A stretch of 63,173 bases of DNA, filler included, from Octopus bimaculoides (GCF_001194135.2; 5 parts of 5 records of this genome joined end to end with filler, not necessarily neighbours in it), one strand, 5' to 3'; positions 40,708 to 56,536 are shown, counted from the whole stretch's first letter. The notes: a model not told the origin generated them from the sequence alone. Program-made: numbers and translations.

Positions 40708-42156
40708 TACTGATCTGTTATAGGTAAATGTCATGTTACAAAATATCAAAACTCATATTTGAAATCTATTTGAAATCAATTTACAGTTAACCTTCCAAGT
40801 TTTAGTAATTTTCAAATATAATCATATATTTATCCGACGAACTATTGCTCAGTGATTTTGACGTTGTTTTTGGTGTTTTCGGTAAATCAATTTTAAAGAA
40901 TCCATTATTGTCCAAGTGATGAATTGCATTGCAGGAATTGTGTGTGTACTTCAATACAGGTACACCGTCAATATTCTAATCATACTCAGGGCGACTAGGT
41001 TTACCACATCATGGATCTAAATATAATTAGACAAAAGGTAACAGAAATAGTAGTATAAAACTGCTTTGGGTAGTGGATTATTTAACATTAATGCTCTTCT
41101 TCAAAGCTAGCAAGAGGGAATTATAAGAAATTTTACATCCTAAATCTAAGTGGATGTTAAACTCTGTAGCCTGTCTTCAATTTCCTTTCTATGAAGTTTG
41201 CCCTGAAGAAGTACCATGTGCCGATAATTGAATATTCCACTGACCATGGTAATTTGTATCACTTTTTCAAATAATAAATCCGTGCCGATTCAGACAACTA
41301 CCGTTCTCTTTGCATTTTATTTTATGTAATCTTACTTGAACGGACTGATCTAGTGTGTGCCTACTGACAGGAAACCTGAAAATGTATATTAAAGGGATAG
41401 CTAAGACACTGAATTTAGGTCCCCATTAAATTAGAATGAATTAAGTCACAACAATAGTGAGGCGAGCTAATCAATATCTTAAAAACTAACTCTGGTCAAA
41501 AAAGTTACAACTATCGGAGTATAAATTAATTAAAGAGATTTTAAATTATTATGCATTCGTCAAGGTATGAAAGCGAAACTTTACGGCCTGTATTACTCAC
41601 ATCCTCTTAAATAATACAAGAATAATCGCTAATTAATAAACATTGGTAAAAAGAATCAATCGCCTTTTCCAAAATCTGAGTAAGGTCATGAACATTCGAA
41701 ACTGTTGTTTCGTAAAGATATATAGCAATCAATCTAGCAGCTTTGTTTCACCCAAACACGACGCAGAAACTTCTTGCGTTCTTTGTAAAAGTTCATAAAT
41801 AAACATCGACTTCTCTAATGAAGATTTATTCAAATAGAATTTTTCTTCAATTCTTTTATCATGAATCCAGAAAGATATTTGAAATTTTTCTAAAGAATTC
41901 CTTTGATAAAAAAAAAAAAACTCCACAAATAAACAAAACAAAAACAACGACCAACGGAACAGCAAAATAAAGAAATTAATAAAATTGAAATACAAAGCAA
42001 AAATATGTATCTTTATAAAAAAAATAATAATATTAAATAAGAAATAAAATATTAAATCAAAAGAATTAAGTAAAATTATGAAAAAAAATTTCTTGAACGC
42101 AGAGAAAAACAGAAGAACAAAAGGAAATAAATTTAGGATAGGAAAATGCAAAAAAA

Positions 42157-42189
<33 letters not shown>

Positions 42190-42432
42190 TGCAAAAATGA
42201 CGATAAATCATAATAATATAATCAACTAAATACAAATGTGTGTATCAAAGACAGTTTAGGCATATTTCTGTTTATGTAGCGGAAGATTCAAAAGAAATTT
42301 GTGAGGTAAAAAAATTTATAATGAAAAAAAATGAGAAGTGAGAAGCAAATTACTTTCAAGTGATTAGGTGTATGAACTAGATATAATTCTGTTCTAGTCA
42401 GCCTGTTTTGTTGGCATGTTAACGTTCACAGC

Positions 42433-42470
<38 letters not shown>

Positions 42471-42595
42471 TATATCTATCTATGTATTTGTGTATATATT
42501 CATACATACATATATGTGTGTGTGTTATGCATATTTATAAATGTGTGTTTGTGCGTGTGTAAAGAGAGAAAATGATTATGAATGTATGCATGATG

Positions 42596-42687
<92 letters not shown>

Positions 42688-43204
42688 AAATATATTACAT
42701 GTGAAAACGTACACATGTACATATATATATATATATGTGTGTGTGTGTGATTATTGAGAGAATTTATGTGTGTGCATCACCTGCTCTTTCGCCTAAATCA
42801 CTGTATACGATTCGTTGAAGTGAATATATTTGAGAGTTCGTATATGTTGGTCTGTGTTGTTTGTAGGTGTTGCTGTATACGAAGATATTGCCAAACTTAC
42901 AATATGTTGGCCAAAAAGAATAAACATCCATCACTCTAAAGCATATGTGCGCAATTAAGAATATGAGTAAAAGATTTATTTGCCATAAACACTCACATAC
43001 AGACAAACTCCTCTATGCACACAAATAGGTTCACTCACACTTGTATATATACATATGCATGATCATACACCCATGATTGTTTGCTTATCTCAAAAAATAT
43101 GTGATCGTTAAAATATCGGTGAGTATTTTCATGTGATATCTTCTATGTGATTTAAATGTGACTGATTATGTATACATGTGGGCATGTAGTCCTCTGTATG
43201 TACA

Positions 43205-43261
<57 letters not shown>

Positions 43262-44317
43262 GTGTTTGTGTGTGTTTGCTTGAATACATGTGTGAGTGTG
43301 CGTGTGCATTTATAAATGAATATGTGTGTTGTGTGTTGTGGTCGTGTGTAAAAAAGCCGAAAGGTTAATATGGCCTTTTGATGACCATCATATTTTAATC
43401 AATTTATGTGAAATTTAATTAAATATAGGCGAACTCAAAATTCAGCCTTTGTATTTACATTACTGGCCATTGCTTTTGTAAAATGACGAACGATTTTGCT
43501 TTCGGCGCCTACATTGATGTAAAAATCTCTGAAATTAAATCGGTTGACGTAGAATTTGAAATTTAAATGTGAATAATATTGTCCATAAAGAACAGTCGAT
43601 GTTTTAAAATAGGATTTATTCACAAAGCAATGTGAACGAAAATAAGTTGACAAAAAACTGTTAAAGATATTTTCTGAGACGAAAAACTTGGTAATAAAAA
43701 GGAAATTACAGATAAACAAGGGAGAAGGAATAATAAAGAAAATTAAAATTAGAATGAGAGAATGGTATTTAAAGAAAAGGATACAACCCCTGCTCACCAA
43801 TAGGAACATAATCAACAAGAATATAAATTAGTCTAAACAAATGGATGTTTTAAATTTATTTTCGTCAATAACTGCAAAGAAGTTAAAACTATTCAAGATG
43901 TTTTTGATAAGTTTTTAATATAATAAAGCTAAACACTAATCGAAATTGTTCCTACACTGTGTCGACACAAAAGAAAAGGAGACAACGGGATAATAACAAA
44001 CGTGAAAAAGAAAGGAAGGAATAGAGAAAAAGAGAGAGAGGGAGAAAATATTTTATTACAAAACTGCATTAGGGCATTGATTGGGTTTAATTCCCTTAAC
44101 TAATTAGTTTTGGCTATCAGTGAATACAAACAAGAAACTGGTTTTCTTTTCTTTCATTAAGAGAAACGTGGAAAATATTCTAGTAAACTTTTATATTCCC
44201 ATTAATTTCCGCCATCAATTTCTTCATATGGACTGACATATTGTTTACGAGTTAGCATATATGGACACTCTCATGTATTACATATAATCAGATACAGAAT
44301 AATATCTCTTATCTGTT

Positions 44318-44378
<61 letters not shown>

Positions 44379-44479
44379 TTATATATCTAACGATGGATCT
44401 CTCAAACTACCCACTTGTTTGTCGGTTAATATGTGTATATGCCCTTGTATAAATAAATCTATGAGTTAGCATCTAACTA

Positions 44480-44568
<89 letters not shown>

Positions 44569-45060
44569 TTGAAGAAAAGCAACAAAAATTCAATAGGTTA
44601 TAGCAGTACGTACGTTTGGTACAAACTTCATTTATTCACGTAGTGAGAAAACTACATAAAATGTACAATGAAAATGTACTCCTCAGCTGCATAATGGAAT
44701 TTCATTTTTAGAAAGTCATTTTGTAGATGTGTGCAAAAAACAAGAGTAAGAGAAGAAAATATACCATCTTGACTATGCTGCTGTTCAACAGTCTAGTGAA
44801 TCAAACAAGAATTTAAATTCTATATAATCTAATTGAAGGGTTAGTAATAATTTCAAATTTAGAGGAAGGTAGATTAAGTAGTAATGGACAGCAGGTTAGG
44901 GGTAAATCAGGCATGAGGAAAAATAAATAAATAAATAAATAAAATGGAAGAACAATACCTTAAGGAGTGGTTAGAGAAAAATTAAGGTACGGGAATTAAG
45001 GTCAAGGTATTAAAGAAATATATCTATTCTACAATATATTTAGAATAATANNNNNNNNNN

Positions 45061-45113
<53 letters not shown>

Positions 45114-45144
45114 GTATGCATGTATGTATGCGTGCTTTGTTCTT

Positions 45145-45350
45145 CTGATAAGGACAGTAGCCAGTTGAGCATGTCCCTTCGTGGCTGGCAATATGTGCAC
45201 CTCTCATCACGAGCAGGAGAAGTATGAGAGCGTCATAGCCACATGTTGAGAGGATAATTTACCTCTGGAAACACGGATGTTTTTTCCAACAGCCTTAAAC
45301 AACCTTTATTCGGGGACATTTTGAGTGGGACATTTTAACTGGGCCCCATC
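45145..45350. mobile_element. Older, opposite-orientation internal fragment of the ~550-bp element
   Basis: CCAGTTGAGCATGTCCCTT..ATCACGAGCAG..CATAGCCACATGT..CTTAAACAACC..AACTGGGCCCCA matches the reverse complement of 46310-46530. Confidence 0.75.
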
Positions 45351-45817
45351 TACTAGTTGTTTATTTTATTTGATATTTGCTATACAGTGTGTCATGTTTT
45401 TGGATTGTTTTGTCTGGGTTGTGTTATTGAATTGATAATGTCTTGTGTAGGATGTGGGCTGTTCCTAGCAGGACTATTTTTATTTTTGTATAGTGTGTTG
45501 TGTTGAGTGTCCAGGTATAGCTTCAACGTTTTTGTTCATATGTTTTTTTATCTTACCCAATGTTTCAATTGTTGCTGTTATTGTTTTCACCTTCATGTCC
45601 AACATCTTGAATACCATTTCTCCACTTCTTTTGGGGCCATATTTTCATCAGAAGAGACAACAATGTCAATCAGTAAGCACGTGTGTTTTTTTTTATCTAA
45701 TCGTTGATTGTCATATCTTGGCGATTAGCGTTTATTTCTTTATCAGTTTAAACAGGTATATCCTAAATGATTGTGTCCAGGTCGTTGCCATCTACCTTGT
45801 TTGGTACATGTTTATAC

Positions 45818-45866
<49 letters not shown>

Positions 45867-46100
45867 GTTCAGTAGTTTTATTTTTTATAACGTGCTTTCA
45901 CTTCACTACCGAGCGCAGCTCTGTGCGCCTTGGGCATGTACTGTGGTTTGCTGTGGTGCTCTTATGTTTACTGTATTGAAAGTGTTTTGCGTAGAATGTG
46001 TGCAGTACCCAGTAGTGCAATTTTCTGTATGTTATATATATTTGTAAGTCCTGGTGTTTTTGATATGTATTTGTCTGAATATTTTTTTTATTATACCTAA
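45867..46100 (-). mobile_element. Short 5'-truncated R4/Dong-like copy (family A)
   Basis: ..IQKIALLGTAHILRKTLSIQ* plus 3' UTR; (ATT)n at both junctions. Confidence 0.85.
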
Positions 46101-46136
<36 letters not shown>

Positions 46137-46682
46137 GAGTGAGAGAGTATTGCATACAATTAAAGTGATACAGGTGTAAAATATACGAAACCCAGCATAC
46201 CCATCATGAAAACCCGTCTGATAGGGGTATACCAGGCACGTGCATCACAACCATATGTGCGTGACATGGTAATCTCATATCAAGATTAACAGTACACGAC
46301 CTTGAAGGTGGGGCCCAGTTAGAATTTTCTTCAGGTCGAGTAGCCCATCCCATTCAAAATGTTCTTGAATAATGGTTGTTTAAGGATATTGGACAAAACA
46401 TCCATGTTTGCAGAGGTGAATTATCCAAACTCCAAAGAATTTCTCTCCACACATGGCTATGATGCTCCCCCACTACACCTGCTCGTGATCAGAGATGCAC
46501 ATGTCAGCCACCAAGGAACATGTTCAACTGGTTAAGGGCAAACAAATGACATGCAAATCTGTGGTATTGAGCAGAATATTTGCTGTAGGCCATGTTTTAT
46601 ACCAAGGCAATACATGAGAATACATTCAATCAGTTAAGATCAGTAGCCATGAGAGCCACCGTCTGGTACCGCATCAGTGCAT
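46137..46682 (-). mobile_element. ~550-bp non-coding interspersed element bounded by (ATT)n/(CTT)n
   Basis: Four homologous pieces in the window (45145, 46137, 48062, 48731); no ORF. Strand inferred from the orientation of neighbouring R4-like elements. Confidence 0.75.
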
Positions 46683-47068
<386 letters not shown>

Positions 47069-47692
47069 NNNNNNNNNNNNNNNNNNNNNNNNNNNNNNNN
47101 NNNNNNNNNNNNNNNNNNNNNNNNNNNNNNNNNNNNNNNNNNNNNNNNNNNNNNNNNNNNNNNNNNNNNNNNNNNNNNNNNNNNNNNNNNNNNNNNNNNN
47201 NNNNNNNNNNNNNNNNNNNNNNNNNNNNNNNNNNNNNNNNNNNNNNNNNNNNNNNNNNNNNNNNNNNNNNNNNNNNNNNNNNNNNNNNNNNNNNNNNNNN
47301 NNNNNNNNNNNNNNNNNNNNNNNNNNNNNNNNNNNNNNNNNNNNNNNNNNNNNNNNNNNNNNNNNNNNNNNNNNNNNNNNNNNNNNNNNNNNNNNNNNNN
47401 NNNNNNNNNNNNNNNNNNNNNNNNNNNNNNNNNNNNNNNNNNNNNNNNNNNNNNNNNNNNNNNNNNNNNNNNNNNNNNNNNNNNNNNNNNNNNNNNNNNN
47501 NNNNNNNNNNNNNNNNNNNNNNNNNNNNNNNNNNNNNNNNNNNNNNNNNNNNNNNNNNNNNNNNNNNNNNNNNNNNNNNNNNNNNNNNNNNNNNNNNNNN
47601 NNNNNNNNNNNNNNNNNNNNNNNNNNNNNNNNNNNNNNNNNNNNNNNNNNNNNNNNNNNNNNNNNNNNNNNNNNNNNNNNNNNNNNNNNNNN

Positions 47693-48029
47693 GAGCGCAG
47701 CTCTGTGCGCCTTGGGTATGTGCTGTGGTTTGCTGTGGTGCTCTTATGTTTACTGTATTGAAAGTGTTTTGCGTAGAATGTGTGCAGTACCCAGTAGTGC
47801 AATTTTCTGTATGTTATATATATTTGTAAGTCCTGGTGTTTTTGTTATGTATTTGTCTGAATATTTTTTTATTATACCTAAGGCACCTACTATGATAGGA
47901 ATTGTTTCTGTTTTTAGATTCCACATTCGAGTTATCTCTATTTCCAGGTCTTTGTATTTTGAAAGTTTTTCCATTTCTTTTAGAGAAACGTTGTCATCTG
48001 CTGGTATTGATACATCAATTAGAAAGCAT
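47693..48029 (-). mobile_element. 5'-truncated R4/Dong-like copy (family A)
   Basis: CFLIDVSIPADDNVSLKEMEKLSKYKDLEIEITRMWNLKTETIPIIVGALG..ILRKTLSIQ*; near-identical to 45895-46100. Confidence 0.9.
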
Positions 48030-48061
48030 TTTTTTTTTTAATTATTATTATTATTATTATT

Positions 48062-48365
48062 GAGCGAGAGAGCAATGCTTATCATCAATGTGACTCTGGG
48101 GTACAAATATACGAAGCCCAACATATCCACCATGGCTACCCATCTGATAAGGGTAAACAATGCAAATGCCTCACAACGATACGTGTGTGACATGGTAATC
48201 TTATAACAGGATAATCAGTGCATGAGCTTGTAGGGACCCAGTTAAAATTGTCTTGTGTGATAATGAGCAGAATGTTTGCTGTGGCCCATCTTTTACACCA
48301 AGACAAAACATGTACATGACAACACTTCTCATAAGTTAAGATCGGAAGGCATGTCAGCTAGTGCA

Positions 48366-48366
<1 letters not shown>
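48062..48366 (-). mobile_element. Internally deleted copy of the ~550-bp element
   Basis: Both ends match 46137 and 46680; the middle ~240 bp is missing; (ATT)n on both sides. Confidence 0.75.
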
Positions 48367-48419
<53 letters not shown>

Positions 48420-48610
48420 GTTTTTTTCTTCTTTCTTCAAATTTTTTCTCATTCCTCGCCGAGTGTTTTCCGTACACCTAGGGCAGAGAAACGTTGTATG
48501 CATTCCCAATTTACACACGCAAATTCATAGGTAAAACATGTATTTAAGAAAAAAAAATCATGAATGGATGTTGTTTTCACAGCGATAATGCTCTTCTTAG
48601 TACATGAGTC

Positions 48611-48611
<1 letters not shown>
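48420..48611 (-). mobile_element. Probable 3' UTR-only copy of another R4/Dong-like family
   Basis: Bounded by (ATT)n; carries the same hairpin motif and A-rich end as the family A and B 3' UTRs. No coding sequence retained. Confidence 0.5.
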
Positions 48612-48682
<71 letters not shown>

Positions 48683-48851
48683 GTTATTATTATTATAATT
48701 ATCATTATTATTATTATTAATATTATTATTGAGTGAGAGAGCAGTGCATGCCATCAAAGTGACACTGGGGTAAAATATACGAAGCCCATTATACCCATCA
48801 TCACTACCCGTCTGATAAGGGTACACCAGCCACATGCATCAAAACCATATG

Positions 48852-50062
<1,211 letters not shown>

Positions 50063-50409
50063 TGCTTCAATTTTCTTTCAATTTCTTGCCAAGTGTCTTC
50101 CCGACACCAAGGACTATGTAACTCAGTGTTTACATTGGTAGGCTTTTAAAATAAATACACCAAGTGGTTCATTTATAAAGTCAGGACATGTGATAGAAAA
50201 AAGGAAAAAAAGGAACAAAGAAAACAGGGGAAAAAATGAAAACATAAAATGATAAATATAAAAGAAAATGAAATAAAAAACAAAGAAAAAAGAGGGAAAG
50301 CGAAAGAAAATTCATTGGGATAATGCTCTCCTCAGTACGTGTGACGTACCAGTTAAAACAATCTTTTGCACTTCTCTAGCATGGATGGTAAAACAGTGAT
50401 CATTCTCAA

Positions 50410-50830
50410 ATAATGTTCAGTTCATTTTTTGATCATTCCAAGTGCTCCTATAATCATTGGTATTGTAACCGCCTTGAGATGCCACATTTTTTCGATTACA
50501 ATGTGCAAATCTTCATATTTTCTGAGCTTGTCAAATTCATTTGCCGAGATATTATGATGTCAAGAATGCTCATGTCAATCAATAAACAGACTTTATTGTT
50601 TTGGTATGTCAGAACAATATCCGGTTTATTAACTTTGTTGGTTCTGTCTGAATGTATCGGAAAGTCCCAGAGAATCGTCGCATTTTCTCCTTCAGTTAAA
50701 ACCTCATGGCGGTGCGTGTACCAGTTGTCAACAGTTTTGTCTTTATAATGCCGACTGTTGATATTATAATCCACTGTTGATATCGGCCAACTTGTCCTGT
50801 CTTGATTCATACTCTATTGGCGCTAAAACG
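50410..50830 (-). mobile_element. Older R4/Dong-like RLE-domain fragment
   Basis: ATILWDFPIHSDRTNKVNKPDIVL..CLLIDMS and KLRKYEDL..MWHLKAVTIPMIIGALGMI. Confidence 0.85.
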
Positions 50831-51570
50831 TTGCGTCTAGGGATAGGTGGTCTACTGTTTTAATCTCATCGTTGCAATATCAGTGCTCTGGGTTTACTCC
50901 AGTTTTCATTACATTAGCTTGGTAGTTCAATCTACACCAACAGAGTGAAGTTAAAGACATGACTCAATGGCAAGCTTTGTGAGTGCAGAATATGAATGAG
51001 GTCAAGGTAACGTATAGAAAACACCCAAGGAAAAACAGACATAACAATCATTAAAGAGCTCCGGAATGAAACGAAAGACGGGAATTTCACTAACTGCAGC
51101 ATGAACTTTAGACTGGTAGGCGCATTTTCAGTCTCTACAGCGTCCCGATTCTGTCACTGTTGAATGATTAAGGTTGGAACAGACCTAAGTTGAGAGTAGG
51201 AGGCAAAGTCAATCTGGGCAGTATTTGAACTCAAAATATTTATATTTTGAGTCAAAACAAATGCCATGAGACATTTCTTTCTTACACTTTTAACAAGTCA
51301 ACCCCATAACATTAAGAACTACTAAGAAACATCAGCAACATTTGTAATTAATTAATTGTCAGCATTAAACGTGAATTAGTAGATAACAAGGAAGAAGTAA
51401 AAGTATGAAGAATCAAGGAAAGAAACAAGGAAAGAAAGAAAAAAGGAAGAAGGAAAGATCGAAAGAAAGAAGTGAAAAGGGTATGGTGATGGAGTGGAAT
51501 TTCGGTGATTCAATTTTCTGTGAAATTTACAGCGAAGAGAGTGCTGTAACGATGTGTAGCAGCTACAATT

Positions 51571-51603
<33 letters not shown>

Positions 51604-52290
51604 ATGGTGATGGTGGTGGTGGTGGTAGTAGTTGAAGTAGTAGTAGTAAATAATGAGAAGTAATGGTAAAATACTAGCAAAATGATATATATATGTATGT
51701 ATATACTTACATATATATGTGTGCGCGTAAGTATACACCCACGTATATGTATATGCATTCATACATTCACAGACAGCCCTCAACCTCCACACACACATAT
51801 GTATACACAATAAAAAATAACAACTCCTGATAATGATAATAAACAAAAGATATAACAAACATGAAACAATATCAAACCACCTACTATAAAATAACAACAA
51901 CAACAACAGCATAAAAGCTAAGAAAGAATGAAAGAAAGTAAGAATCAAAGGAAAGAGATTACGAATAATAAAAGCTTATAACCTGCAGGCTGGGCAGGAT
52001 GGCGTGTATGATGGAGTAATTAGCTAGATTAAGGACATCACTTTTGACTTATTTGGCACCGTGCCTGACGTTGTATCGATGGTTAGGCGTCGAATAATAG
52101 AGCAGACATAAAGCACTCGTATACAATCACAATAGCACATGCGTACACACAACGCACACAAGTACATATATACACACTCACACACACGCACACACACACA
52201 CATACACACACACACACACGTGCACGCGCGCATAAATAAATGTATATGTATATACATATACATACATACATATACATATATATATATATG

Positions 52291-52324
<34 letters not shown>

Positions 52325-53494
52325 NNNNNNNNNNNNNNNNNNNNNNNNNNNNNNNNNNNNNNNNNNNNNNNNNNNNNNNNNNNNNNNNNNNNNNNNNNNN
52401 NNNNNNNNNNNNNNNNNNNNNNNNNNNNNNNNNNNNNNNNNNNNNNNNNNNNNNNNNNNNNNNNNNNNNNNNNNNNNNNNNNNNNNNNNNNNNNNNNNNN
52501 NNNNNNNNNNNNNNNNNNNNNNNNNNNNNNNNNNNNNNNNNNNNNNNNNNNNNNNNNNNNNNNNNNNNNNNNNNNNNNNNNNNNNNNNNNNNNNNNNNNN
52601 NNNNNNNNNNNNNNNNNNNNNNNNNNNNNNNNNNNNNNNNNNNNNNNNNNNNNNNNNNNNNNNNNNNNNNNNNNNNNNNNNNNNNNNNNNNNNNNNNNNN
52701 NNNNNNNNNNNNNNNNNNNNNNNNNNNNNNNNNNNNNNNNNNNNNNNNNNNNNNNNNNNNNNNNNNNNNNNNNNNNNNNNNNNNNNNNNNNNNNNNNNNN
52801 NNNNNNNNNNNNNNNNNNNNNNNNNNNNNNNNNNNNNNNNNNNNNNNNNNNNNNNNNNNNNNNNNNNNNNNNNNNNNNNNNNNNNNNNNNNNNNNNNNNN
52901 NNNNNNNNNNNNNNNNNNNNNNNNNNNNNNNNNNNNTATATATAGGAGGCCACATATGTTTATATTTATTTGTATGCCTGTATGCATGCAACTATCTATA
53001 TGCGTCATACGTTAACATATATATATATATATATATATATGCCCCATGCACTCACAGATTCCGCGTTTGTACCGGACCCTCGCTTATTACGATCATGCGT
53101 ACGCTTGTCGATCTGAACCCGTACCTGCAATACTATAAATATGTAAGTTAGTGTGTATGTGTATGAGTGAGTGTGTGTGTACCTTTCTGTATGTGTGTAC
53201 ATGCATATATATATGTCTATACTTTACTTATATTCCATATAGTCTATATTCGACATTGTGTAGCTTGTATTTTGTCCTCAGTTTCCCTCCTCCCAACTCT
53301 CCACTTTTATCCTCTTTCTTACTCCCCTATCTCTATCTTTCTCAAAGCTGTTTTTCTTTCATCTTATAGCAATTTGTTTATCCAGCAGTACTCTTTGTTT
53401 CGTTCCGTTTAATTTCCAGTACTATCAATTGCTACATTTATCACAAAGACACTTTTAATAAAAGAGGTTTATATATATATATATACATATATAT

Positions 53495-53539
<45 letters not shown>

Positions 53540-53649
53540 NNNNNNNNNNNNNNNNNNNNNNNNNNNNNNNNNNNNNNNNNNNNTTAATTAATTAANNNNN
53601 NNNNNNNNNNNNNNNNNNNNNNNNNNNNNNNNNNNNNNNTATATATATG

Positions 53650-53851
53650 CGTGTCTGTGTGTTTGTGTGTCTGTGTCTGTGTTTGCCCCCTAGCATTGCT
53701 TGACAACCGATGCTGGTGTGTTTATGTCCCTGTAATCTAGCGGTTCGGCAAAAGATACCGATAAAATAAGTACTAGGCTTACAATGAATAAGTCCCAGGG
53801 TCGCTTTGACTCCAGCATGGCCGCAGTCAAATGACTGAAACAAGTAAAGAG
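53650..53851 (+). mobile_element. 3' half of the CORE-like SINE
   Basis: TGACAACCGATGCTGGTGTG..AATAAGTACTAGGCTTACA..ATGACTGAAACAAGTAAAGA. Confidence 0.75.
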
Positions 53852-53929
53852 AGAATATATAAGAGTAGAAAAGTTAGAGAAATGTTCTACCGGTGGCCAG
53901 CATACGTAATAAAGTCAATAGGCAACATA

Positions 53930-54488
53930 TTTTTCATATAAATTAGTGTGTGTTTTCATACACAAAAGTGGTGACTTTTAACAGGACACCTTACATGCTC
54001 GAAATGGCAGTTAAAGCCGAAATCATGAATTACAGTAATTTCAAACGGAATGAAAAATAAAAACTTTCAATAGTTACCCTTATACTCGAGTTGCAACATC
54101 AATGTGAAAATAAAATAATTTGCCATCCGTGCATCATCAGTAAGGGCGCTAAAATTAATGTACATTTATGCAGCACTGAAGACACACGTGTTCCATTGGC
54201 ATACATTATAATGTTTCATATGTATACGAAAGGAACAAGTGTGTCTTCAGTGCTGCATAAATATACATTAATTTTAGCGCCCTTACGGATGGCAAATTAT
54301 TTTATTTGCACATGGATGTTGAAACTCAAGTATAAGGGTAACTATTGAAATGTTTTTATCTTTCATTCCCTTTGAAAATACTTTTATTCATGGTTTGGGA
54401 CTTAACTGCTCTTTCTAGCATGTAAGGTGTCTTGTTAAAGTCACCTCTTTTGCGTATATAAAACGTACACTAATTTATATGAAATATA
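53930..54488. mobile_element. ~560-bp palindromic foldback element
   Basis: 53935-54200 is the reverse complement of 54235-54481 (e.g. TTTCAATAGTTACCCTTATAC / GTATAAGGGTAACTATTGAAA), with a ~35-nt loop. Confidence 0.85.
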
Positions 54489-55102
54489 TATATNNNNNNN
54501 NNNNNNNNNNNNNNNNNNNNNNNNNNNNNNNNNNNNNNNNNNNNNNNNNNNNNNNNNNNNNNNNNNNNNNNNNNNNNNNNNNNNNNNNNNNNNNNNNNNN
54601 NNNNNNNNNNNNNNNNNNNNNNNNNNNNNNNNNNNNNNNNNNNNNNNNNNNNNNNNNNNNNNNNNNNNNNNNNNNNNNNNNNNNNNNNNNNNNNNNNNNN
54701 NNNNNNNNNNNNNNNNNNNNNNNNNNNNNNNNNNNNNNNNNNNNNNNNNNNNNNNNNNNNNNNNNNNNNNNNNNNNNNNNNNNNNNNNNNNNNNNNNNNN
54801 NNNNNNNNNNNNNNNNNNNNNNNNNNNNNNNNNNNNNNNNNNNNNNNNNNNNNNNNNNNNNNNNNNNNNNNNNNNNNNNNNNNNNNNNNNNNNNNNNNNN
54901 NNNNNNNNNNNNNNNNNNNNNNNNNNNNNNNNNNNNNNNNNNNNNNNNNNNNNNNNNNNNNNNNNNNNNNNNNNNNNNNNNNNNNNNNNNNNNNNNNNNN
55001 NNNNNNNNNNNNNNNNNNNNNNNNNNNNNNNNNNNNNNNNNNNNNNNNNNNNNNNNNNNNNNNNNNNNNNNNNNNNNNNNNNNNNNNNNNNNNNNNNNNN
55101 NN

Positions 55103-55178
<76 letters not shown>

Positions 55179-56455
55179 CACACACACGCAAACACACACA
55201 TACAAACACACACACGCACGGACATATATGCGTGTCTCAGCACGGATGAGTATATATATCTTAATTCTAGTCTTCTCTTTCAAAATGATGTTGCTGAATC
55301 TTGATATCTCTTCAGTAATATTGTTTTTATAGGGTAACTTAAAGGCGTCTGCTATGATACCCGTATACGCTTTAAAGGACTCTCAGATTATGTACTGTTA
55401 TTTGTATATATTTATCGCTTAATTTTCCAATGTACGAAAATGGTTTGGATGTAAATGCAATTTTCATTTGTCAAAGTCGTTCGAGAATCTCCTGAAACTT
55501 GCTTGGTAAGCAACCCAAATTGAAAAAGCAACCGAAATTCAAAAAGCAACCCAAATTTAATACTGACCGTAAATTCAACAAGCAATCAAATTCAGTATTG
55601 ACCGCATGTTCTTTGTGTGTATCAGATATACCTAAACATTTGATTAGAATCGTAAATATTAACTGCTATATACAATACAGCTTCTGACTTATTACAAGCC
55701 ATACCTTCTTTATGCTTACTTTAAAATACCCTGGAAACAAAAGTATTTTGTAACGTTCCACCCTCAATACACTTCTTCCCACCTCTCATTTATCCTCTTA
55801 TATCTTACAAAAATACATTATAAACAGTAAAATTTTCACAAAGCTGATGCCTTCCGACCAAGGTCCCTATATTCACCTAAAGATATCCTGTAAATTACGT
55901 GTTTCAAATTGTTTAATCTAAACATATTTGCATCTGGTTAGTCCGGAAAATTCCATAAACTGAATGATCTATAAGATCTTACAAATCCTTTTACTTACTA
56001 TATATATATCAAATATAGTAAACTCTCTGTCGACAAACAAGCCGGTGATGACGGCATTTCCACTGCAATTTGTAAACATTTTTTTTGTCATTTTGCAAAG
56101 GGTGATTCTGTATTGTAACAAACACTCAATGGAAATATCAACAAAAACATTACACATCTACGCTAATGGAGTATTTGAACCAATGCTAGATCATCCGATG
56201 AATCGATCACGTAGCTACTCGGCATTACTGTTGTTTCCATTTTAATTACTAAGTCATAAAGGTTTACAACACTCTAGAGATGAATATTACTAAACTCTAT
56301 TAGATTCTTCTTAGCCTAATGCTAAAAGCTGTGTGCAAATTTTAATGCCTGCAAAAAGCTTTTAGTGAAATTGTTATACTGGGAATTATAAAACTATCTA
56401 ACTTTTGAAATAGAATTAACGTGAAGGTGTGAAAAGCTTCCTCGAGAAATATTGC

Positions 56456-56536
<81 letters not shown>

